IMG/VR virus record: IMGVR_UViG_3300010885_023630
Location: 1-64,000 of that record
Strand: one strand, 5' to 3'
Source: a virus
Length of the DNA stretch: 64,000 nucleotides
This document shows positions 48,310 to 57,831 of the stretch, piece by piece. The position numbers and the translations under genes were made by a program. Position 1 is the stretch's first letter. Each line of letters begins with the position of its first letter. Below the pieces are notes generated by a model. The model saw only the letters and a program-made list of their open reading frames with translations, made no database searches and was not told the origin of the DNA.

Positions 48310-48840
48310 ATAAAGTCATTTCCCATTATACAGTAGTAGGCTAGCGCAGGCTAAACTTCATGCGCCTATGACAACAGGACCTCGGGTCGCTGGGACGGAA
48401 ATCTCTTTGCTGTAAAAGAGTGCTTAACCACTATCCTTAACAGGACGAGGATCGCTAATTGCCGCGGTTTGGTTATTTGAAGAAATGAATAAGGCTGAAA
48501 AGACGCTCAAGCGATTGAGCACGGTTAATGCGTATGTTAGCGTATATGTATTAATCCGCCGTTGTAAAGACACAACTCGAGGTACCGGACAACCGCCTCT
48601 GTAATGTTGTAACGCTAAGTGACTGTGCTACTCGGATAATGCTACAGAACAATCTTTGCCCTTGAGCGGGCAAAGTGTGACCAATTAATCTGGATAATAC
48701 TAAAAAACAACAATATTAAATCAAAGAAAAAATGTTGTGAGCGTAAGCGAAACAACAGACTTACGTAGTAAGTCTTAAATGAATCATACAATCACAGAGA
48801 TACTTAATATGTTCCTTGCGAACATATGATTCATTTTCTT
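48310..48840 (+). ncRNA. Candidate large structured non-coding RNA (or structured DNA element)
   Basis: No ORF of 60 aa or more; at least 9 stem-loops, e.g. GCTCAA-GCGA-TTGAGC (48505-48520), CTTTGCCC/GGGCAAAG (48654-48675), AGACTTAC-GTA-GTAAGTCT (48757-48775); G-U-rich stem at 48525-48554. Confidence 0.55.
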
Positions 48841-48854
48841 AGATAAACACTAGA

Positions 48855-49088
48855 TTATTTGTTTTTCCAGATGCCATATAGAACCCAAATTGCTACGAGT
48901 CCTACTAGTCCTTGACTACCAATTGCGGCAATGATTGAAGTAACATTTGCTGTTACGGATACTGCCGGGAAGAATGGTATTGCCATACCCTTGAATAAAA
49001 TTTCTAATACAATAGCTAGGGCTATAATGCTTACACCCACATCTGCTAATGTGTTAGACCATTTCTTAATTTGAGTTAAGATTTCCAT
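48855..49088 (-). CDS. Small membrane protein with two hydrophobic segments (holin-like size)
   Basis: AGGAG RBS, two hydrophobic helices, basic C-terminus WKNK, CTAAATA late-type motif upstream. Confidence 0.6.
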   Translation of the reverse strand: MEILTQIKKWSNTLADVGVSIIALAIVLEILFKGMAIPFFPAVSVTANVTSIIAAIGSQGLVGLVAIWVLYGIWKNK

Positions 49089-49201
49089 TTTACGTCTCCT
49101 TTTAAAAACCAGTATTGCTACCGGTAAGTTATTTAGGTACCGGTTTGCAAAAATAGTAAGCTATTATTATACTTTTAACTAAGATGATACTTATTGTACC
49201 T

Positions 49202-49429
49202 CTAGAAAAATGGTAAACCTGACTCTTTAGTGGTTTCCATATTCTTTTTAATGATGTCTTTGATAAGGTCTCGTTCTTGATCGGACAACATTAACGCATC
49301 GTCATAGCTTAACCCGCCACGCATGTGCCAGCTAAAACTTAATGCTTCGTGTCTTATGGCTTTTGACTCTGAATCAAATTTATTTAGATACTCAACCACA
49401 CCCTCGCGGTCAAGAGTCAAAAGCCTCAT
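49202..49429 (-). CDS. Tail/baseplate assembly chaperone, gp51-like (possible frameshift extension of the upstream gene)
   Basis: WHMRGGLSYDDALMLSDQERD helix pattern; ATGA overlap with the stop of the gp26-like gene. Confidence 0.6.
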   Translation of the reverse strand: MRLLTLDREGVVEYLNKFDSESKAIRHEALSFSWHMRGGLSYDDALMLSDQERDLIKDIIKKNMETTKESGLPFF

Positions 49430-50265
49430 GCGAAAAAACTTGCGTAATTAAAATCCAACGGAACATCGTATGCGTGTTCACATTTAGTACACTTTGCGTT
49501 AACAGGTTTAACACTAGCAGATTGGTTAATTACAGTTAAACGCTTTTGTATTTCTTTCATTACCTTGTAGTCAGACATATCAAAGTATTCTTTGATAAAC
49601 GCAGGGTCCGTAACAACTACACCTTCTTCTGTTGTGATTGAGCGTGTGCTACTGGCGCAAATTTCAATGTTTAAATCCACTAACTTTTTTAAGTATGCGT
49701 CGGATTTTGATTTCTTTTCTTCGTCTGGGATAGCGTCGTCGGTAACTGTGCGTAATATTTGCTGTTCTGTAAAAGCAATTTGATTTACGCGATTAACTTC
49801 AAAATATGGTTGTGGGCGTAGTACAATTTTTAAACCGTCGAACTCAACTGGGGTTTCATAATCGGGCATGGCAATTTGATCTACTAGACTGCTTAATGCT
49901 ACACCAAACCTGTTGTCTTCTTCACAAGCAGGACAAACACTATCAAATTCCATTTCAGCGCCGTAACTGGCGATGCGTATGTTTAGCAAAATAACGTCTA
50001 CGTCGATACTAGGCATTGACCACGCATCTTTAATGTTTGGGCAACAGCTTTGTATAACATCGACTACACCTTGTCCGTTCATTAGTGCGTCTGGTGTACG
50101 AATAGTAATTTCGTCACGAGCTGTCATTGGATACACAGGAATTTCCCCAGTAACTGGTAAGTCTAAACTACCCTCGGGCCAGAATCTGCCGTTTGATGGT
50201 AGTTTAATATAAGTTGCTGGCTGTCTAAAGTGTTTGAACAGCGGATTATTTGGTTTTTGTTCCAT
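49426..50265 (-). CDS. gp26: Baseplate hub/tail assembly chaperone gp26-like
   Basis: YIKLPS..PMTARDE..DVDVILLNIRIASYG..CPAC..CTKC..SFF matches the T4 gp26-type pattern. Confidence 0.75.
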   Translation of the reverse strand: MEQKPNNPLFKHFRQPATYIKLPSNGRFWPEGSLDLPVTGEIPVYPMTARDEITIRTPDALMNGQGVVDVIQSCCPNIKDAWSMPSIDVDVILLNIRIASYGAEMEFDSVCPACEEDNRFGVALSSLVDQIAMPDYETPVEFDGLKIVLRPQPYFEVNRVNQIAFTEQQILRTVTDDAIPDEEKKSKSDAYLKKLVDLNIEICASSTRSITTEEGVVVTDPAFIKEYFDMSDYKVMKEIQKRLTVINQSASVKPVNAKCTKCEHAYDVPLDFNYASFFA

Positions 50266-50320
50266 TTTTTTATCCCATAAATATAATTGAAGGTTACTGT
50301 ATATTTACCGGTAAAAAACC

Positions 50321-52903
50321 ATGTCAGAAAATAACGAAGATCCACAAGACGCCGCTAGACGCAACGAAAATCTCAGAGACTATAACAAGCTCATGGGCGA
50401 TTTTATACGCGACCTAGAGGATCGCATGACGCTTGAGGAAAAACAAGCACGTCAACTTAAAAGTACACAAGAACGTTTTAAGGATTTAGATGCAGCCTTA
50501 AAGACAGGCCAACGTAAAACTATTGACCTTACAAAAGATTTTAGAAGTCTACAAGCGGCCATTAACCAGCTGGAAGACGGAGCTGAAAAACAAGCATTAC
50601 AACAAAAACTTGATGTAGATGCCGCCAAAGCTCGTAGAGCAGTAGTAACTAAAGCCGCTATAGATACAGCAGAAGCTGGAGCTAAAGCATTATACGGCGG
50701 AGCAGTTAATACAGCCAAGGCAGTATCACAAGCATACATGAGTAATGCTAGTGCGTTTACTACTGCTGGAGCAGTTATTAACGCAGGACTAGAAGCCAGT
50801 GCTCAAGCAGTTGGTGGTGCCACTGCTGCAATTGGTACCATGGCTGTTGGACTTGGCGCATTAGCTGGACCTGGTGGAGCAATTGCCGGAGCATTGGTTG
50901 CTGGTATATCTTCACTATTTGGATCAATTTATAAACAAAGTATTGACTTGGCAAAACAGGCCACTAGCTTGGCTGTGGCTGAAATGGAAAACACCATCAA
51001 GTCCTACACCACAGCCAGCAAGGCTGGAGCATTATTTGCCGACGGACTAACCGGATTGCGTAGAGCCGCCAAAGCCGCAGGATTAGATCAACAACAGTAT
51101 GCCAATGTGTTGGCACAAACAACTCCAATGTTGGCACAGTTTGGCGGAAGTGTTACACAGGGTGTAGCAAGATTTACTTCTATCAGCGGCATAATGAATA
51201 AACAGTTTGCCCCAGGGCTGTTAAAACTTGGATACAGCATAGATGAAATTGCTGCCGGTACTGCTGACTATTTGGGATTCTTGGGTCGTTACGATTTGGC
51301 CAAAGGAAAAACAGACGCTCAGTTAGCCACAGAGAGCGACAAGTATCTGACCAACTTAAAAGCTATTAGTGCGTACACAGGCGAGCAGGCAGGGCAGGCT
51401 AAAAAACGTGCCGAGGCAGAACTTGATCAGATGGCAGTGCAGGCCCGGTTACAAGACATAGCAAGAGCGTCCGGACAGAGTCTGTCAGAAGTCAACATAA
51501 AATACGAAAACTTATTAAAAACATTTGGTCCCGGTAGTGAAAAAATTGCCAGCCAGATGCTAACTCTAGGAACAACTACAGGTGATTTGGCTATAGTTAC
51601 AGCACAAGTTCCAGCATATATGGAGCTGATGCAAAAATCTCAAGAGTTACTGTCTAATAAAAATATTGATCAAAGTGCAGTAATAACAGAAATAACAAAA
51701 TTACAAAAACAATATGCTCCATTAATACAAGAACAAACAATAGCAACTGGTAGAAGCATTGGTATTGCCAATCAAGCAAACGCATCATACGGTGAAGTTA
51801 ATCGAACCATTGGCGGAATAAACAGAGATTCTAATAAATGGGGCAAAGCCACAGCTACCGCAATTGAGGATGCTAAGAAAACTAAAACTACTCAAGATAC
51901 GCTAACAAAGGAGTATGTTGAGGCTACCATTGAATTTCAAAAGATGCGTCTTGAAATTCAAGCTAAGTTAACCCCGGCTATTACAGGATTTGCAAAAGTA
52001 ACAAAAGATGTTATTATAGAATTAGAAAAAATAATAGCAAAAATGCCAGGCATGGCTGAAATGATGCTTCCGGAACCAGGTGCAGCAGTTGTGTCTGGTG
52101 ACGCAGTTATAGAAAAATACGACAAAGATAAAAATGCCCCGGGTAGACCCAAAGACTGGGATAAGATGAGCTCGGAAGATAAACGGCATATTGGGGAAGC
52201 TCACGCTGGCGTCGAAACACAGCAGAATGGTTTAGCACAAAAAAATCTACGACAAAAAGCTAGAGCTACTGCCAACCTGGCAAAAAGGGATAACACCGAT
52301 AAAGAAGGATTTATTTCTAAATTGCCGGGGCTGAACTACCCTGAAGATAAAGTTGGAAAAGGTATACAAGCATCACTGTATGATCTTTTATTAACACCTC
52401 CTTTATTTGGCAGACAACTTACTAGTTTATATCGAGCCGGGGATACTGGAGCACACGGACAAGGTAAAGGCGCAGATGTTTCTATTATGGGTCTTGACGG
52501 TCAACCTATGTCAGCAAAAGCTATTTCGGACTTGGTAATGCAAATTAAATCAGCAGGTGCTGTTAAAGTATTTGCGGAATCCAAACCAAATGATCAAGAA
52601 TGGTTGGATTCAATTTCCGCTGTCCCCGGGGGATTGGGAGCGTCTGGTATATTAGCTAACCCAGGCGCAACCGGTCGTCATATTCACTTAGAAGCCAAGA
52701 AATTTGGTGGACAAATGGGAGCCAATGACACTACCATTGTTGGCGAATCTGGTCCGGAGATTATTTCGGGTGCGGGTGTAGCAACATCTACAGCAAGTAC
52801 AAGTGCGGTGTTTGCTGAACTTAATCGAAATATGAAAGAATTGGTTGAGGTATCTAAAGATAATCGAGATTATTCGAAAAAGATCTTACAAGCTACCGCA
52901 TAA
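50321..52903 (+). CDS. Tape-measure-like protein with C-terminal peptidase M15-like domain
   Basis: Long Ala-rich helical protein with a hydrophobic segment; TSLYR..AHGQGKGADVS..RHIHLE zinc peptidase motif; terminal IVGESGPEII. Confidence 0.7.
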   Translation: MSENNEDPQDAARRNENLRDYNKLMGDFIRDLEDRMTLEEKQARQLKSTQERFKDLDAALKTGQRKTIDLTKDFRSLQAAINQLEDGAEKQALQQKLDVDAAKARRAVVTKAAIDTAEAGAKALYGGAVNTAKAVSQAYMSNASAFTTAGAVINAGLEASAQAVGGATAAIGTMAVGLGALAGPGGAIAGALVAGISSLFGSIYKQSIDLAKQATSLAVAEMENTIKSYTTASKAGALFADGLTGLRRAAKAAGLDQQQYANVLAQTTPMLAQFGGSVTQGVARFTSISGIMNKQFAPGLLKLGYSIDEIAAGTADYLGFLGRYDLAKGKTDAQLATESDKYLTNLKAISAYTGEQAGQAKKRAEAELDQMAVQARLQDIARASGQSLSEVNIKYENLLKTFGPGSEKIASQMLTLGTTTGDLAIVTAQVPAYMELMQKSQELLSNKNIDQSAVITEITKLQKQYAPLIQEQTIATGRSIGIANQANASYGEVNRTIGGINRDSNKWGKATATAIEDAKKTKTTQDTLTKEYVEATIEFQKMRLEIQAKLTPAITGFAKVTKDVIIELEKIIAKMPGMAEMMLPEPGAAVVSGDAVIEKYDKDKNAPGRPKDWDKMSSEDKRHIGEAHAGVETQQNGLAQKNLRQKARATANLAKRDNTDKEGFISKLPGLNYPEDKVGKGIQASLYDLLLTPPLFGRQLTSLYRAGDTGAHGQGKGADVSIMGLDGQPMSAKAISDLVMQIKSAGAVKVFAESKPNDQEWLDSISAVPGGLGASGILANPGATGRHIHLEAKKFGGQMGANDTTIVGESGPEIISGAGVATSTASTSAVFAELNRNMKELVEVSKDNRDYSKKILQATA

Positions 52904-52936
52904 CATACGGTAAATATAGCATAACAGAGAACATCT

Positions 52937-54634
52937 ATGGCCGGTTGGAAAAAATACTTTAAAACTAGTAACTTACCTAGCAACATTAGTCCCCTAGGCG
53001 GCGGTCGTGCGCCTGATCCTGGATATCGCAATTATCAGAGTCAGTTGCCTGAAGTTTATACAGGGCAACCAAATCGTGTTGAGCGTTACAATCAATATGA
53101 ACAAATGGACATGGATTCAGAAGTAAATGCCGCATTAGATATTTTGGCAGAATTCTGTACTCAAAAGAATGTTGAAAATCACACAGCGTTTACTGTTAAG
53201 TTTAAAGACACACCAAGCGACAACGAAGTTAAGATTATTAAAGAACAGCTACAACAATGGGTAGCACTCAACGAATTTAACAAACGTATCTTTAAAATTG
53301 TACGTAATGTATTCAAATATGGTGATCAGGTGTTTATCCGTGACCCAGAAAACTTTAAACTATACTGGACAGAAATGTCTAAGGTTACCAAAGTTATTGT
53401 TAACGAAGGCGAAGGTAAAAAGCCCGAACAGTATTTGATCAAAGATTTAAACCCTAACTTTCAAAACTTAACAGTTACAGCAGTGGCTACAACAGACACT
53501 TATACGAATCACCCACAGGTTGGTGGTCCAAGTGGTAGCTATACACAACCACAAAGCCCGTTTGGTGGTGGTAGCCGTTTTAGCCATGCCAAGAACGAAG
53601 CGGCTATCAATGCCGAACACGTAATTCATGTATCGTTAACTGAAGGCCTAGATGTATATTGGCCATTTGGTAACTCAGTATTAGAAAACATCTTTAAAGT
53701 ATTCAAACAAAAAGAGCTGTTGGAAGATAGTATCATTATATATCGTGTACAACGTGCTCCGGAACGTCGTATCTTTAAGATTGATGTGGGCAACATGCCA
53801 AGTCATATGGCCATGGCATTTGTTGAACGCATTAAAAATGAAATTCACCAACGCCGTATTCCTACACAAACAGGTAACGGACAAGGCAATATGATGGATG
53901 CTACATACAATCCGTTAAGTACAAACGAAGATTACTTCTTCCCAACTACAGCAGACGGACGTGGAAGTAGCGTTGATGTGTTACCGGGTGGCGCTAACCT
54001 GGGTGAAATTACAGACTTGCGCTTCTTTACCAACAAGTTGTTCCGTGGTTTGCGTATTCCAAGTAGCTATTTGCCTACCACAGCAGAAGATGGCACAGCT
54101 GCCTATACAGACGGTCGTGTTGGTACAGCACTGATACAAGAATGGCGCTTTAATCAATATTGCCAACGTTTACAAAGTTTAATTGCTGACAAGTTAGACG
54201 CAGAGTTTAAATTGTTTATGCGTTGGAGAGGTTTCAACATTGATAGTAGTTTGTTTGAATTGTCATTCAATGAGCCACAAAACTTTGCCCAATATCGTCA
54301 AGCAGACATTGATGCCGCACGTATTGGTACATTTACACAGCTAGAACCATATGCGTTTTTAAGCAAACGTTTCTTAATGAAACGTTATTTGGGAATGACC
54401 GAGCAAGAAATTAGTGAAAATGAAACAATGTGGGCCGAAGAGCGTGGCGATAATGAATTATCACAACCCGGTGCTGCAAACCCACGTAGCGTGGGCATTA
54501 GCCCAGGCGGCATTGATGCTGACTTAGAAGGACTGGCTCCAGATGTAGGCGCTGAAGACGGTGGTGTAGGTGGTGCTCCGGAATCTGTTGCTCCGGGAGC
54601 CGCAGGTGCAGTTGGCGCAACGCCAGCACTTTAA
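52937..54634 (+). CDS. gp20: Portal vertex protein
   Basis: LLEDSIIIYRVQRAPERRIFKIDVGNMP, EDYFFP..GRGSSVDVLPGG..NLGEITD..KLFRGLRIPSS are T4 gp20 signatures. Confidence 0.95.
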   Translation: MAGWKKYFKTSNLPSNISPLGGGRAPDPGYRNYQSQLPEVYTGQPNRVERYNQYEQMDMDSEVNAALDILAEFCTQKNVENHTAFTVKFKDTPSDNEVKIIKEQLQQWVALNEFNKRIFKIVRNVFKYGDQVFIRDPENFKLYWTEMSKVTKVIVNEGEGKKPEQYLIKDLNPNFQNLTVTAVATTDTYTNHPQVGGPSGSYTQPQSPFGGGSRFSHAKNEAAINAEHVIHVSLTEGLDVYWPFGNSVLENIFKVFKQKELLEDSIIIYRVQRAPERRIFKIDVGNMPSHMAMAFVERIKNEIHQRRIPTQTGNGQGNMMDATYNPLSTNEDYFFPTTADGRGSSVDVLPGGANLGEITDLRFFTNKLFRGLRIPSSYLPTTAEDGTAAYTDGRVGTALIQEWRFNQYCQRLQSLIADKLDAEFKLFMRWRGFNIDSSLFELSFNEPQNFAQYRQADIDAARIGTFTQLEPYAFLSKRFLMKRYLGMTEQEISENETMWAEERGDNELSQPGAANPRSVGISPGGIDADLEGLAPDVGAEDGGVGGAPESVAPGAAGAVGATPAL

Positions 54635-54657
54635 TTTAAAAAAGGTTAAATAGTACT

Positions 54658-54879
54658 ATGTTTATAGCAGAATTATTTAACCCAGCACCAAAAGGTTATC
54701 AGGATGAAAAAGCGGACCAAAGTACGCTTCGGATGTCTGACAGCCGTAAGACACGTTTGACTTTAGCACATTTAAATCAGCTTAGACAATCACATGATGT
54801 TCGTAAACTAGAACACGAAAAGAAATTAGAAGCAGTAGCAAAACAATACGCACCGGCCCCAGAAGCTGGTCCAATGTAA
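54658..54879 (+). CDS. Small head-region protein (73 aa)
   Basis: Lies between the portal and the prohead core genes, preceded by a TTAAATA motif. Confidence 0.65.
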   Translation: MFIAELFNPAPKGYQDEKADQSTLRMSDSRKTRLTLAHLNQLRQSHDVRKLEHEKKLEAVAKQYAPAPEAGPM

Positions 54880-54993
54880 AAACTAGTAAATCGCTAGTTA
54901 TTCCTTTAAAATCCTTCAAAATATACCCATTTAACCTTTATATACGTAGTTTTGTGTAAATAACATTACAAAGCCACTTTATAAGGAGTTCAT

Positions 54994-56022
54994 ATGAACA
55001 AGTTTGAGAAATTAATTGAATACATCATTAATGATGAAGATCAAAAAGCTCGTGAATTATTTCACGATATCGTAGTAGAAAAATCCCGCGACATTTATGA
55101 ATCTATCATGGACGAAGAGTCTATGGAAGAAACAGTACAAGGTCACGACAATGTTGAAAGCATGGTTGACGAAGTTCAAGCCGATGAAGAAGCAATGGGC
55201 GAAGAAGAAGATCAGCCAGAAGACGAATTTACTCTTGATGGCGATGACGATCAAGACGGCAACCCCGACGGTGCGTTCCCAGCAGATACAGGTACAGAAG
55301 ATGGCCCAGAACATGCTGAAATCGAAGACCAAGTAATGAATATTGATGCTAAGTTAGACGAGCTATTAGCTAAGTTTGACGAAATCATGGGCGAGCCAGC
55401 TGAAGAACCAGCACAAGAACCAGCACAAGAACCAGCACAAGATCCAGCAATGATGGAAGGCGAACAACCAGACTGGTTAAAAGCCAACAAAGGTAAAAAA
55501 GGTTCATCGGCTGAAGATGACAAAGAAGATGACGAAGAAGATGACAAGCCTAAAAAGACTGAAGAATCTCGTACTAACAGATCTACTTCTGAATTAATGC
55601 GCGAATATGTTGACCGCATTGGTGATATCTACGGTGGAGCAGGTGATGCTAATGAAGGCGACGCAGTTGGCGCAGCCGGTAAAAAGACTTCTGTAAACAC
55701 AAAGTACACAGGTAAGCAAGATGGTCCAGACTTTGGTGGTAACCCAGTTAAAACTGGTGGCCAAACAGCTAACCAAGATGGTACAAGTCCAACAAAAGCA
55801 AGTAACGAATACAACAAAGGCCAAGGCGAAATCAAATCTGGTAACGTAAATGTTCCAGGTGGTAAAGCTGGTACACCTAAGTCAACTGGTGACAGTTACG
55901 AAAAAGGTGGCGATAGCCAAGGTAACCCAACTGGTAAAATGACCGGTACAGGTGCTAAGAGCGAAAAGCAAGGCGAAAAAAATACTAAGAGTACGCTAGT
56001 ACCGAACTCTGGTAAGAAGTAA
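54994..56022 (+). CDS. Acidic, low-complexity prohead core/scaffold-like protein (gp67/gp68 position)
   Basis: AAGGAG RBS, TGTAAATA late motif, very D/E-rich, upstream of gp21. Confidence 0.65.
   Translation: MNKFEKLIEYIINDEDQKARELFHDIVVEKSRDIYESIMDEESMEETVQGHDNVESMVDEVQADEEAMGEEEDQPEDEFTLDGDDDQDGNPDGAFPADTGTEDGPEHAEIEDQVMNIDAKLDELLAKFDEIMGEPAEEPAQEPAQEPAQDPAMMEGEQPDWLKANKGKKGSSAEDDKEDDEEDDKPKKTEESRTNRSTSELMREYVDRIGDIYGGAGDANEGDAVGAAGKKTSVNTKYTGKQDGPDFGGNPVKTGGQTANQDGTSPTKASNEYNKGQGEIKSGNVNVPGGKAGTPKSTGDSYEKGGDSQGNPTGKMTGTGAKSEKQGEKNTKSTLVPNSGKK
55393..55449 (+). repeat. 12-bp tandem repeat GAACCAGCACAA (EPAQ), three exact copies plus two degenerate ones
   Basis: gagccagctgaa (gaaccagcacaa)x3 gatccagca. 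Confidence 0.9.
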
Positions 56023-56040
56023 TAAGATAGGGAACATAAA

Positions 56041-56679
56041 ATGGCTTTGTACCTAGCTGAGAACCTAACATTTGACCGTGCGAACATCAAGGTTATTACC
56101 GAAGATAACGCAGCCGGAAATGGTAAGGATCTCTATATGGAAGGGATATTCATAGAGGGAGGCGTTAAAAACGCTAACCAACGTGTTTATCCCGTTCACG
56201 AAATTGAAAAGGCTGTTTCCTCTATCAACGAACAACTATCAGAGGGCTATAGCGTCTTAGGCGAAATAGATCACCCAGATGATTTAAAAATCAACTTAGA
56301 CCGTGTAAGTCACATGATTACTAAAATGTGGATGGACGGTCCTTGTGGTTACGGAAAATTAAAAGTATTACCTACCCCAATGGGCGAACTAGCAAAAGCT
56401 ATGATTACATCCGGCGTCAAGCTAGGTGTTAGCTCACGTGGATCAGGTGAAGTAAACGAAAGTAGTGGACATGTTAGTGGTTTTGAAATCATTACCGTGG
56501 ACATTGTGGCCCAACCCAGTGCCCCTCATGCTTATCCTAAAGCCATCTATGAAGGCTTGATGAATATGCGTGGTGGTGCTAAGGTATTTGAAACGGCAAG
56601 TGAAGCCGCTCAAGATCAAAAAGTACAGAAGTACCTGAAACAAGGCATTACAGCCTTAATCAAAGAATTAAAACTATAG
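56041..56679 (+). CDS. gp21: Prohead core protease
   Basis: LYMEGIF..KNANQRVYP..LGEIDHP..INLDRVSH..PTPMG..GVSSRGSG..DIVAQPSAP. Confidence 0.95.
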   Translation: MALYLAENLTFDRANIKVITEDNAAGNGKDLYMEGIFIEGGVKNANQRVYPVHEIEKAVSSINEQLSEGYSVLGEIDHPDDLKINLDRVSHMITKMWMDGPCGYGKLKVLPTPMGELAKAMITSGVKLGVSSRGSGEVNESSGHVSGFEIITVDIVAQPSAPHAYPKAIYEGLMNMRGGAKVFETASEAAQDQKVQKYLKQGITALIKELKL

Positions 56680-56691
56680 GAGAAATATCCA

Positions 56692-57807
56692 ATGTTAGAT
56701 GCTATCAAACCATTGTTGGATAACGGAATTATTAACGAGGAAACTCGTACTGCTATTTCCGAAGCTTGGGAAGCTCGTCTTTCTGAAGCCAAGGAACAAG
56801 TACGTGCTGAACTACGTGAAGAATTTGCACAACGTTATTCACATGACAAACAAGTTATGGTTGAAGCTCTGGACAAAATGGTAACTGAGTCTCTCACTGT
56901 TGAACTACAAGAGTTCGCAGACGAAAAACAACAATTAGCTGAAGACCGTGTTAAGTTTAAAACACACATGGTTGAAAGCGCAGGCAAGTTCAACAATTTC
57001 ATGGTAACAAAATTATCAGAAGAAATTAAAGAACTACGTGCTGATCGTAAGACGTACGAGAATGCTATTAGCAAACTTGAACAGTTTACAATCCGCGCCT
57101 TAGCAGAAGAAATTAAAGAATTTGAAACCGACAAACGTGCTGTAGTGGAAACTAAAGTTCGTTTAGTTGCTGAAGGTAAAGCTAAACTAGCCGAACTACA
57201 AGCCAAATTTGTTAAACAGTCTGCTGAAGCTGTTAAAGAGGCCGTAACCAGTTCGTTAGAGTCAGAACTGACTCAACTAAAAGAAGATATCCAAATTGCT
57301 CGCGAGAACATGTTTGGTCGTCGTCTATTTGAAGCATTTGCTACCGAATTCGCTGGTACTCATTTAAATGAGAACAAGCAGATTCGCGAGTTACAAGCTA
57401 CTGTAGCTAAAGTAACTGATAAATTGTCTGAAGCAGTATCAGCAATTGAAGACAAGCAAGCTCTAGTTGAGACAAAAGAAAAAGAAATACGTATTATAAA
57501 GGAATCCGCAGAACGCAAAGATAAACTTAGCGAAATGTTAAAACCTTTGAATAAAGAGAAGTCAGCAATCATGCGTGACCTACTCGAATCAGTGCAGACA
57601 GATAAGTTACAATCTGCATATGAGAAGTATCTACCAGCCGTGTTGAACAATTCTTCTGTTGTTACAGTAGCTCCAAAAGCTACAGTATTAACAGAAAGTC
57701 GTACAACAGTAACTGGTGATAAAACTGCTAAAACTGCCGTTGAAGTTGCACAGACAGAAGAAGGTTCTAATGTCTATGAAATCAAACGTTTAGCAGGGCT
57801 TAAGTGA
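56692..57807 (+). CDS. gp22: Prohead core scaffold protein
   Basis: Glu/Lys-rich coiled coil between gp21 and gp23. Confidence 0.8.
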   Translation: MLDAIKPLLDNGIINEETRTAISEAWEARLSEAKEQVRAELREEFAQRYSHDKQVMVEALDKMVTESLTVELQEFADEKQQLAEDRVKFKTHMVESAGKFNNFMVTKLSEEIKELRADRKTYENAISKLEQFTIRALAEEIKEFETDKRAVVETKVRLVAEGKAKLAELQAKFVKQSAEAVKEAVTSSLESELTQLKEDIQIARENMFGRRLFEAFATEFAGTHLNENKQIRELQATVAKVTDKLSEAVSAIEDKQALVETKEKEIRIIKESAERKDKLSEMLKPLNKEKSAIMRDLLESVQTDKLQSAYEKYLPAVLNNSSVVTVAPKATVLTESRTTVTGDKTAKTAVEVAQTEEGSNVYEIKRLAGLK

Positions 57808-57831
57808 CTTAACCCTTAAAGGAAAAAGAAA

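Noticed and set aside
48310-48840. tRNA, tmRNA, RNase P RNA or CRISPR array
   Set aside because: No cloverleaf or T-loop, no GAGGAAAGTCC RNase P motif, and no regularly spaced direct repeats.
55393-55449. Tandem repeat as a CRISPR or regulatory array
   Set aside because: In-frame 12-bp EPAQ coding repeat without spacers, inside a low-complexity protein.
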